A stretch of 63,482 nt of DNA, the filler included, from Squatina squatina (Eukaryota): assembly GCA_031763465.1 (NCBI GenBank). It is 3 parts of 3 records of this genome, joined end to end, with 100 filler letters (N's around TTAATTAATTAA, not from the genome) between each part and the next. Parts side by side here need not be neighbours in the genome. Positions count along the whole stretch, not along the records: positions 1 to 28,522 come from JARFOE010000051.1; positions 28,623 to 45,634 come from JARFOE010000046.1; 1 more part is not named here. One strand, written 5' to 3'. Shown in pieces: positions 24,761-35,077 of the stretch. Position 1 is the stretch's first letter; every line of letters begins with the position of its first letter. Made by a program: the position numbers and the translations under genes. Below the pieces are notes generated by a model. The model saw only the letters and a program-made list of their open reading frames with translations, made no database searches and had not been told where the DNA came from.

Positions 24761-25009
24761 ATTAATCCACACTTGTCAGGGAAGAGGCAATGCAAAAACC
24801 CTTTCTGCCTGCACCGGGAGGGACGCCTCCAGAAGCGACTGGATTCACCACCTCTGCTGCAATGAGGCACGTCGGAGAGGGGCACGATGTCCGGCTGTCC
24901 TCCCCCAGTCAGCATCTGCTGGCGTCGGTTGTGGGACAGCTTCTCTGTGAGAAGAAAAGAAAAGTGTGTTTGCAGGATTGAAGTGACATCGGTTGCAGCA
25001 CTGCGTGTC

Positions 25010-26320
25010 CCAGAAATTAAAGATAGTATTAGATTAAAGGAAGAGGCTTAGAATGTTGCCAAAATGAGCTGTAAGCCTGAGGCTTGGGAGGATGTTAGAA
25101 TTCAGCAAAGGTGGACCAAGAAGTTGATAAAGAAAGGGAAAATGGAATATAAGAGTCAACTAGCGAGAGACATAAAAACAGTCTGTAAAAGCTTCTATAG
25201 GTACGTGAAAAGGAAAAGTTTAGCAAAAGTAAATGTGGGCCCATTACAGGCTGAGACAGGATAAATTATAATGGGGAATAAGAAATTGCAGAGAAATTAA
25301 GCAAACACTTTGTGACTGTCTTCACGGAAGAAGATGCAAAATACTTCCTGAAAATAGTGGAGAACCAAGGGTCGAGCGGAAATGAGGAACTAGAAGAAAA
25401 TAGTATTAGTAAAAAAATAGTACTGGGGAAATGGGTGGAATGTCAATCAATCCCGTGGACCTGATGGCCTACATCCTAGGGTTACAAGAGGTGGCTATAG
25501 AGAGAGTGGATGCACTGGTTGTATTTTCCAAAATCCCATAGATTCCAGAATGGTTCCCGCAGATTGGAAGGCAGGAACTGTAACCCAACTATTTAACAAA
25601 GGAGGGAGAGAGAAAACAGGGAACTACAGACCAGTGAGCCTGACATCGGTCGTAGGGAAAATGCTGGAATGTAATATTAAAGGCACTGAGAAAATAATAA
25701 TCGGATTAGGCAGAGTCAACGCAGATTTATGAAAGGGAAATCATGTTTGACGAATCTACTCGAGTGTTTGAGGTTGTCACTAATAGAATAGATAAGAGGG
25801 AACCGGTGGATGTGGTGTATTTGGATTTTCAGAAGGGATTCGATAAAGTGCCACACAGAAGCTTATTAAACAAAATTAGGGCTCACGGGATTGGGGGGTA
25901 ATATACTGGCATGGATTGAAGATTGGTTAATGGACTGAAAACAGAGAGTGGGAATAAACGGGTCTTTTTCGAGGTGGCAGGCTGTGACTAGTGGGGTACC
26001 GTGGGGATCGGTGCTTGGCCCCCAGCTATTCACAATATATATCAATGATTTGGATGAGAGATCAAGATGTAGTATTTCCAAGTTTGATAATGATACAGTT
26101 TGGTGGGAATGTGAGTTGTGAGGAGGATGCAGAGATTCAAGGAGATTTCGACAGTCTCAGTGAGTGGGCCAGAACATGGCAGATGGAATATAATGTGGAA
26201 AAATGTGCAGTTATCCACTTTGGTAGGAAAAATAGAAAAGCAAGAGTTCTTTTAAAATGGTGAGAGATTTGGAAATGTTGCTGTTCAGAGGGACCTGAGT
26301 GTCCTTGTACATGAATCAGG
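25010..26320 (+). mobile_element. CR1 ORF2 RT region (decayed)
   Basis: [67 protein letters not shown]. Confidence 0.9.
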
Positions 26321-26330
26321 TGGGCCAGGA

Positions 26331-26408
26331 TCATAGAAACATAGAAAATAGGTGCAGGAATAGGCCATTAGGCCCTTCGAGCCTGCACCGCCATTCAATA
26401 TGATCATG
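26331..26408 (-). mobile_element. CR1 3' terminus
   Basis: catagaaacatagaaaataggtgcaggaataggcc; the same tail occurs at 39215-39290 (+). Confidence 0.8.
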
Positions 26409-26508
26409 NNNNNNNNNNNNNNNNNNNNNNNNNNNNNNNNNNNNNNNNNNNNNNNNNNNNNNNNNNNNNNNNNNNNNNNNNNNNNNNNNNNNNNNNNNNN
26501 NNNNNNNN

Positions 26509-26620
26509 CTCTCTTCCTTTCTCACCTTCCTTTCTTTCTCTCCTTCCTTTCTCACCTTCCTTTCACTCCTTCATTCCTTTCTCAACTTACTTTCTTTATC
26601 TCATTCCTTTCTATACTTAC
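26509..26620. repeat. Purine-rich (on -) repeat of about 30 bp at the end of the NKPD1-like frame
   Basis: Minus strand: GTAAGTATAGAAAGGAATGAGATAAAGAAA / GTAAGTTGAGAAAGGAATGAAG.. / GTGAGAAAGGAAGGAGAGAAAGAAAGGAAG / GTGAGAAAGGAAG. Confidence 0.7.
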
Positions 26621-28029
26621 TTCATTCAACTCTTTCCTTTGCTCTGCATCTTCCAAGTACTGCCAGATCCAGCTGAGACGGCAGGGCCAGCTACTGGCTA
26701 AAATCACCCAGGCAGCAATCCTCTGAGGGGCAAAGCAACTCAGTGAGATATTTCTTTGCAGCATGAGCCTCATCATAACCGGAATTATGTTAATTATCCT
26801 CCTCATCTGCAGGAAATTCTCCTCAATGTATTCATGGAGGTCGCTATCTCGGTCTGTCAAGCACTGGTAAGCCTGTTGGATCTGCTGACCTGGGCTCATT
26901 TCCCCATTTCTTTGCTTGGAAGGTTGCTCGCGTCCACTGGAAACACGGATCAGCGGAGCGCTCTCCAAAGGGTCTTCCTGAAACCCCTTCGCTTTGAGTC
27001 GTTCGGGCTGCAGTGGGCTCTCATCCATGAAGGCATTCTTGCCTGCCACGACTTGCTGGAGAAAGTCGAGTTTGGTTTGCGTGTCCATTTTCGGGACGGA
27101 AAAGGGCAGTGTCACAATCCTGTTAAGGAACTCGTAGCCATTGTCCGCCATGCCTTTGAAGGTACTAGAGTTCTCCACACAAGCTACAATGATGCTCGGA
27201 TCAACAGCAAGCACTGAAATAAAAGGAGCATCTGGATCTGAAAGAAGGATGTTCATAGCATCCAAGACTCCGACAACTTTATCTGGGGTGCACCTGTCCA
27301 GGCTCATGATTTCCAGCACCACTCGAATTTGCCTCCTCTCAAAGATTTCCATGTAGTGGATGAAATTTATAAGCACTTTAACTTCTTGCTTGACATTATG
27401 CATGAAGCCCAGCTGAGCGCTGAAGTCCGACTTATTCATCAGGCTCTCCATTTTGTCCTTTTGGCTAACAAAGATATTCTTGCCTACCATGAGGGAGTTT
27501 TTCATGGTCATGAGGGCAGAAAGTCCAATCAATCCGAAACCAACCCCTTCAGCGGTTGCGATGTAATCGTTGCCCATCTCGCCAACGGAGAAGCCGTACA
27601 TTGCAACCACTAGTGCCAGTGCCACAGCCAGCACCAGGAGCAGAGTGAAAATGAGCCACACTGGAATGCCCAGGAGTTTTTTTGGCACCCATTCATGACT
27701 TGAGTCACTTTGTTCAATAGTGCTCTGGTGGCCAAGGGCCCGAACGATGCCAGTCGGAATGCATCCAAACTTGTTTTTGATGTTATCGCACAGTGTGGTG
27801 ATGAGGCCAGCCCACAACTTTTCACTGCCTGCAAACTCCCATGCCCTGAACTGAATGAATATGAATCGGGCATTTTTCCGCTTTTGTTGCCGCTCCGTCA
27901 GTTGAGGTTTGAGAAATATCAAATGCCACAAAAGCAAAAGAAATCCAAGGCCCGTGGCTGCCCGAGGCTTCTCCTTGGTTCTCACCAATTCCTTCTTCTC
28001 TCTGCTCAGTGCTTCTATTATTATCTGTT
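26582..28029 (-). CDS. NKPD1: NKPD1-like KAP-family P-loop NTPase, main coding exon (partial gene)
   Basis: Acceptor ccttttatag at 28030. Motifs match recalled human NKPD1: FIQFRAWEFAGSEKLWAGLITTLC, two TM segments, FSAQLGFMHNVKQEV, RVVLEIMSLDRCTPDKVVGVL, ADNGYEFLNRIVTLPFSVP, AAWVILASSWPCRLSW. The upstream Walker A exon is not in the window. The exon may instead end at a GTAAGT donor (26621 or 26591). Confidence 0.92.
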
Positions 28030-28184
28030 CTATAAAAGGATGGCATTGTCGGCACACACGCTTACTTTTCAAATATACATGTAATTCCTTTCTTTAACTC
28101 TGATTCAGATTAACTAGATGCATTAGCTCAGCTTTCTAAAAGTGTCTGTAACATTTGATTATCTGAAATATGAGTTATCAGGCT

Positions 28185-28522
28185 TATTCTTTAGGTTGGG
28201 GATATACTCTCTGGAGTTTAGAAGAATGAGAGGTGATCTCATTGACACATATAAGATTCTGAGGGGGATTGACAGGGTAGATGCTGAGAGGATGTTTCCC
28301 CCTGGCTGGAGAGTCTAGAACTAGGGGTCACAGTCTCAGGATAACGGGTCGGACATTTAACACTGAGATGAGGAGGAATTTCTTCACTCAGCAGGTTGTA
28401 AATGTTTGGAATTCTCTCCCCCAGAGGGCTGTGGATGCTCAGTCGTTGAGTATATTCAAGGCTGAGATCGATAGATTTTTGGACTCTCGGGGAATCGAGG
28501 GATATGGGGATCGGGCGGGAAA
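28185..28522 (+). mobile_element. CR1 3' fragment (would be intronic to NKPD1-like)
   Basis: SLEFRRMRGDLIDTYKIL..TRGHSLRI..RRNFFTQQVVNVWNSLP. Confidence 0.88.
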
Positions 28523-28622
28523 NNNNNNNNNNNNNNNNNNNNNNNNNNNNNNNNNNNNNNNNNNNNTTAATTAATTAANNNNNNNNNNNNNNNNNNNNNN
28601 NNNNNNNNNNNNNNNNNNNNNN
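28523..28622. other. Artificial assembly linker
   Basis: 44 N + TTAATTAATTAA (28567-28578; stops in all six frames) + 44 N. Confidence 0.95.
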
Positions 28623-30494
28623 CTTTTAACATATTGCTTTCTCTCAGAGTATAAAAGGAAATAATTCTAAAATCTTAAGTTCTAGAAGCTATATTATATA
28701 TCTCTTAGGGTTAATCCTTTTGTTTCAGATTTGTATCTTTTGAATCAGATACATTAAATCTATAAACCAATGCAAACATATCTCAAAGCTGACTGAACTG
28801 TAAAAACATTGCAAATTAGAAGTCAGGAATGAATTTAAAGAGGGGTGTTAATATAGGATGAAGTTCTTTAACTGTTAAGTGCTTGCCCTCCCAAAGTGTC
28901 ACATGGTGTTAATTGTCAGGAGCCTTTTTCTGTTGGAGAATAATCAACGGTTGAAGTGCTCCTTTGAAGAGCACTGCAGGTTGAATTTCTTTGGAGTATA
29001 TGAATTCTGCCAACAGCAGGCAATGACCATCCTTAAGAATCACATTCTGTAGCTGGCATCAAGTCCCACTAAACCAATTGGAAAGTTTTATTTTGTTTTC
29101 TGATGAAAACAAAACTTGTCAGGGAGCTGCTTTAGGTGGCTTCTGATCGGTTTGCAAAACAGACCAACTATACAGTACTTGGTAGTAGCCAGTGGGCATG
29201 ATCCATGTGCATTCCTCTGGACTTATGGCAGCATACACAGCTTTTTTTTTAAATAAAATGTAATGTCAAGCTGCAGATCTCTACTGAAGAGACTTCAACT
29301 TCTGGCAGTACTTTACAGAAAAAAAGTTATTCACAATTCTTGAACACTTGAGGAAGCAAGATAAGAATTCTACATTTATAGGACTTCATAAACATTCCCC
29401 TTTTAATACAGCCTTCATGTGGGGAACCATCCTTCATCATATTTCAAGCCATTTTACCAACTGTATATAGTATTCATCTTGTCAATGGCCATCACTTGGG
29501 GATGAACTCTTGTAAATATAAGCAGATTTCTTAAAAACATTTTTAACTTCTAATTTGTATTTTAATGTAATGCGAATGCTGAAGCAGCTTCATGGTACAA
29601 GCTATATTGTTTAAACAATAATGTAAATATCAATGGAAGTATCCAATGCACACTTGATAGAGAAACTAATTGTTTTGTGTTTTGTTTTATTCAGTTATGG
29701 TAACTAGTAACATAACTATTACTAAGCTGTTTTTTGGGGGAAATTACTTTATTTCTTGCAGTAGTTTTCATCAGCCTTATTATAAGTTTAAAAAGTAGCC
29801 TTTTTCAGTCTTCACAATATGCACATTTTCCAAATGCTAGAAAATGCAAAAGATGAGTGGACACCATCACATCAATGTTTCTTGTCCACTATTTTGAAGA
29901 TTATTAATGTTGGAATAAGCAAAACTAATAGGGGGATGTTGATATATTGATTATAAATGTGTTGGGCCATAAGGAATATTTTCTTGACTAAAATTTTCTG
30001 CAGCAAATTTCTGCATGTAAATATACTGTTGGCTAGTGTGTCATTCTTGAAACCAGAATTAATGCAATATAAATAAAGAAAATTTTAAAAGGACAAAAAT
30101 ATGCATTCTATACTTCTTTCTCCATAAGAATTCTTTATTCAATACTATAANNNNNNNNNNNNNNNNNNNNNNNNNNNNNNNNNNNNNNNNNNNNNNNNNN
30201 NNNNNNNNNNNNNNNNNNNNNNNNNNNNNNNNNNNNNNNNNNNNNNNNNNTGGCAAAACAGTTATATTTATATAATGCATATAATGCAGCATTACTTCTG
30301 AAGGCTAATCGGTATTTGATTACTAAAGGGAATTGCAATTGTCATTTTAGTAATTTTTTTTGCAAAGGCATCCTCGACTTACATAAATGAGTTTTTGAGG
30401 AACATCTCAGAAGGAAAGTAAAATTCTGCAAAGCAAACTCCTTGATGGTCTTGCAAGACTTTTGTGGATTGGATTGTCAATGCACGTTTGCTAT

Positions 30495-31648
30495 GTAAAA
30501 TGTTCAAAATTAGCATTGAGAGTGGCATAAGTAGGACAAAGACTAAGGTGATAGATTGGAAAAGAGCAAATTATGAGGAAATGAGAGTGGAACTAAGGAA
30601 GGTAAACTGGGAGAAAATCATGAAAAACAAAGAAATAGAAAAACAGTGGGAAATCTTTCAAAGGGTAATCAATTGAGTTAAAACAAGCAAACTAATTATG
30701 GGGCACTGTGGATGAATAAAGGACTAAAGAGAAAATTGAATCTAAAGAAGTACTTAGATACTAAAGGAGAGGACAAAAGGGAATACAAGGAACTTAGGAG
30801 CGATGTTAAAAAAAACGATCCGGAAGGTGAAGAGAAATTACAAAATCAAGTAATCAAGGAATATAAAAAGAAACAATAATGTGTTCTATAGACACATAAA
30901 TAAAGGGAAAAATTAAAGTAGGGGTAGGGCCACTAAAGGATGAGCAAGATAAACTCATGGGTAATGACAAAAAATGGCAGAAGTATTGAATAACTACTTC
31001 GCCTCAGTTTTTACTAAAGTAAAAAACAAAATAGGCACTAAACGATGAGCTAAAAAAGAATATAAATACAGTTGGGATAGAGGCATAAAATAATTGACAA
31101 ACTGGCAAAACTTAAAGAAGATAAAACCCTAGGTCCAAATGTTATACACTCATATTCAAGGAAACTATGGAGGAGGTAGCATAAGCTATATATATAAATA
31201 TATATATTTGATATAAGTTTCATAAAAGAGTGCATAATGCCAGAATAGTTAATGTTGTCCCTATAGACAAATAGGGAGATAGAACAATACCTGAAAACAA
31301 TAGACCAGTCAGCTTAACATCAGTGATAGGGAAGATACTGGAAAATATACTAAAAGTAGGTGATAGAAGGGCATCTAGAGGCAGAATGTATAATAAAATA
31401 TAGCCAGCATGTGTTCTGAGAGGCTAAGTCATGCTTAACTAACCTGACAGAATTCTTTGAAGAGCTAATGTTAAGAGTAGACAAGGGTAATGAAGTAGAT
31501 ATCATACTTGGATTCTCAAAAGGCCTTCGATAAGGTACCACATGGTTGGCTCATGACAAAGGTTAAAGCATGTGGAGTCAGGGGACAGATAGCTGAATGG
31601 ATAGCAAATTGGCTAAAAATTAGAACGCAGAGAGTTGGGGTAAAGGCT
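30495..31648 (+). mobile_element. Older AT-rich CR1 ORF2 remnant
   Basis: DWKRANYEEMR, VFYRHIN, LNNYFASVFT, RPVSLTSVIGK, KAFDKVPHGWL. Confidence 0.85.
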
Positions 31649-32046
31649 NNNNNNNNNNNNNNNNNNNNNNNNNNNNNNNNNNNNNNNNNNNNNNNNNNNN
31701 NNNNNNNNNNNNNNNNNNNNNNNNNNNNNNNNNNNNNNNNNNNNNNNNAGATTGAACAATGAGCTCAGGAGAGAGACTGATAAGCGTAGAGAAATTTAGC
31801 TGAAGGATCTAGAATTTCCTCCTTGGGTGTAACCCAGAACCAAAAATGGGCCCATTTAAGTGTTCATTCTGCCGATGTCAAGTTACGCTCAGATTTCCTA
31901 AGAAACTCATTAGAATACACTTGAACGTTAAATGGACGTAAACAATCGGGCCCAAGCAAAGCACCAAACTCACACCATATATTTCTTCCTTCAGCATGAA
32001 AATTTAAGTTTTGACTCAGTCAACCATCATTCATGCATATATTTGC

Positions 32047-32640
32047 AGGGCGAATGTGGAGGAGCCTGGTAAAGAGGAGGGAACCCAGCAAAGCCAGGGA
32101 GGTGGAGATCCTGCCGAATTTAACAGCAGGACCTCATTATGATTTTCTTCTTCCGTTTCCCGCCTGGCTGCCGGCCAGATTGGCATGCTGGCCAGATGCC
32201 GGACGGGAAAACTAGCAGCAAGAGGTCACTGGGGGTGGTTCCTGGCAATTGGGAGGAAGAGATCAGGGCTTGGGATCGGATCTGGCGGAGGAGGTGGAGT
32301 TCGTCGATCGCAGCAGCGAGGGGAGGTCGCGATCAACAGAAGGGCAGTTGAAGGCTTCCTTGAGTAGCCACTCCTGCTCTGCCTGGCCCACAAGGAGTGT
32401 TATGAAAAGCACTAACTTGCTGGGGCCAACAGCTCTCGCCTCCGTTTCACTGTGAGGTTTCCTGAGCCTTGGGAAACCCGGCTGGCAACTGTTAAATTTA
32501 AATCAGGCCCCCGATTGCACTGTAAAAACAACAACGGGCACATACGTGGTGAGTTCGTGATCCATTCTCCATTTTTAAAATTTTTAATGACCCTCCCCAT
32601 ATATCCCCTCCAACCTATCTTTGGGGGGTATAACATCAAG
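32047..32640. mobile_element. GC-rich interspersed repeat, probably a non-autonomous DNA transposon
   Basis: CpG-rich block in AT-rich context, similar in style to the other TIR elements. TIRs are not clearly resolved. Confidence 0.35.
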
Positions 32641-33125
32641 ACATGAATACCATGTGCTTAGATGACCTCACATTGCAGGCAACCAGTGCTTAATGAGCAG
32701 CAGCACTATGGACATCAAATATCATCTCATTGGCCTCATTTAATTAAGCACAGGACTTTATTCAGCAGCAATTGTATGTCTTAATAAATATATGATGTAC
32801 AGGAATCATTTTAATCATATAGTAGTGGTTCATGCAATCATGTATGGTACACTGTACATAATAAGATAAGTATTTACTGTGACTTTTCAAATCTATCATT
32901 TTCCTATTCATTAATGTACCAACACTCATTATAAGGACTGGCAAATGACCTTGTTAAGGAGAAGTGCTTGAGTACATCAAACAAAGTGAAGGAAAAAATT
33001 TGAGATGAATCACATTCTTGCTAGATTATAATTAATAACGAGCAGTAACCTAGATGGGATTAATCAACATGCAGACAGAAAGGAGTCTGTAAACTTTGCA
33101 GACTGTAAGCTTTAATTATATTAAT

Positions 33126-33197
33126 ACAAACAAAAATTGCTGGAAAAACTCAGCAGGTCAGGCAGCATCTGTGGAGAGAAAAACAGAGTCAACGTTT
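33126..33197 (-). mobile_element. Penelope-type terminal repeat fragment
   Basis: Reverse complement aaacgttgactctgtttttctctccacagatgctgcctgacctgctgag. Related copy at 56630-56691; the upstream part of the same repeat is at 47290-47394. Confidence 0.65.
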
Positions 33198-33297
33198 NNN
33201 NNNNNNNNNNNNNNNNNNNNNNNNNNNNNNNNNNNNNNNNNNNNNNNNNNNNNNNNNNNNNNNNNNNNNNNNNNNNNNNNNNNNNNNNNNNNNNNNN

Positions 33298-33425
33298 CCT
33301 ACATGGACCATGACAACTGGATTCGTCCCCTCTCACTTCAAGTTCTTCACCAGCCACGAGGAGATAGTCTTAACCCTGGCACCGGGCAGGCAACACTGCC
33401 TTCTGAACTCCTGGTCATGGCTGCA
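33298..33425 (-). mobile_element. CR1 ORF1 esterase fragment
   Basis: The minus strand reads CCLPGARVKTISSWLVKNLK*EGTNPVVMVHV. Confidence 0.7.
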
Positions 33426-34916
33426 GCGTACAGCATGAGATGCTAATTCATTAGTGGCAAATTCAGAGAACTACTGCAGGATAAGCCAAGACATTAGAAC
33501 ACAGGAGCATAGGATTAAACTGGTGAAACATCAATTTAGATGTCCAGTATGTCTGTAGCAAAATTCAGACTGAAATATAAATGCTACTTTTTTCTTGTTT
33601 AAAATCCTGCTGATCCATTGTGCATTGGGATTCTTTTTGCACTGTCAGACTGTTTTGAGCAATTTAAATGCTGGATGCATAAGTGCAAAGATCAGCTTCT
33701 CTGGCCCAGCGGTATAGAATGCAAACTTTGATAAAGGCTATTTACTGCCACCAGTATTTCTATTTGGTTCAATGCACATTAATCTCTAAAAATGTAAAGT
33801 AGTTTTAAAAGTCACATTGAGCTTCACAGTTTAAAGTTTCCAATGATGAGGTTACAATTTTTAGCATGTGCAGTTCAGGAAGGAAAATTAACCATTTATT
33901 CAGGTTTGAAGAGGCATGCCATACATTCCGTGTGTGTGTGTTGCATGTTTTGCACCCTGTTGCATGTGTTGACCTGCTAAAATGTATTCTGTCATTTACT
34001 ACAATAACCCCAACTATTTAGTCATCTAAGATCTGCAGTTGCTGATTATTTGGAATCCTGTTTTGAGCATNNNNNNNNNNNNNNNNNNNNNNNNNNNNNN
34101 NNNNNNNNNNNNNNNNNNNNNNNNNNNNNNNNNNNNNNNNNNNNNNNNNNNNNNNNNNNNNNNNNNNNNNTGAAACACAAGGCTGGATATGTGCCTCCAC
34201 CATGGGGTGTAATTGTCCATTTGCAACCAACCCATTTTCATAGCTTGGGCCATTGTGGATATGACGTTAGTGGGTTCATTCGGTACACTTAAAGAAATGT
34301 ATTTCTTAAGATGAGTTGTCCTTTTTTTATGTCCATACTTTGCATAGTGTGTTTTTATACAAGAAAATAAATCGAGGATAGAGTAAACAATGGAGTTTAT
34401 AGAGAAAGTTCAATCTGGGAGCATTAACACTCAACCAAGATTTGCATCACTGCCTGGTGTTTACCTGCTTTCCTCCCAGCTGCTGAGGCCTTCCTCAGTT
34501 CCAACCTCTTCCCAGCAGATAAGTGTTATCGTCGAGGCCTGGAAGCAGGTCAGCTTGCCTATGCCCTTCACCCACAGATGATGCAGGGCTAGGATGGGGA
34601 ATAATCAGTAGTTAGTTAAAAGGGGGGCAGCAAAGAAGGCCTTCAAAAGAGAATCTTGCACTGAATAAAATGAGGGCTCCTGGTTAGTTTTTCCCAAAGC
34701 AGTAAATTGTTTGTTTTTCTTCTTCAAATTATCAGGCAATGACCACAAAGATCGCACTAATACTCAACATAGTCTAAGCTCTTTCAGAATTATTTATTTT
34801 TATAAATTCTTTACATTTAAACTCTATCCTTACTAAAGGATCTACATGTTAAGCATTCAGTGCACAATATCATTTATTTTCGTTTTATGTATCCTTACAT
34901 TATCTTGTGTTTTCAG

Positions 34917-35077
34917 GATGATTTCTCTACAGATTGGAACAAACTCTTACCTAAATTTATTGTTCCATTGGAAATGGCGCTAACTTTTTTTATAATTATC
35001 ACAGAGCTAATGGACTTGGTAGAAGTGAACAATAAATGTGGGTTTTTGCTTGTAGTCTCACTTTTCAGTGGAAATTG
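34917..35077 (+). other. Candidate exon (possibly a 5' UTR exon of ATP10B)
   Basis: Strong acceptor ttatcttgtgttttcag and donor TG|gtaagt, 161 nt, same strand as and upstream of the ATP10B exons. No recognised protein match. Confidence 0.3.

Noticed and set aside
16971-28072. RT, endonuclease and esterase ORFs next to a KAP NTPase as a retron-like or defence-like system
   Set aside because: The RT, APE and esterase pieces are stop-ridden CR1, Tx1 and Penelope fossils. NKPD1 is an intron-containing host gene, and gaps separate the parts.
28030-28072. ORF-track start MKSKRVCRQCHPFI for NKPD1
   Set aside because: It begins at a non-ATG codon upstream of the splice acceptor at 28030, so it is intronic. 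Homology starts after the acceptor.
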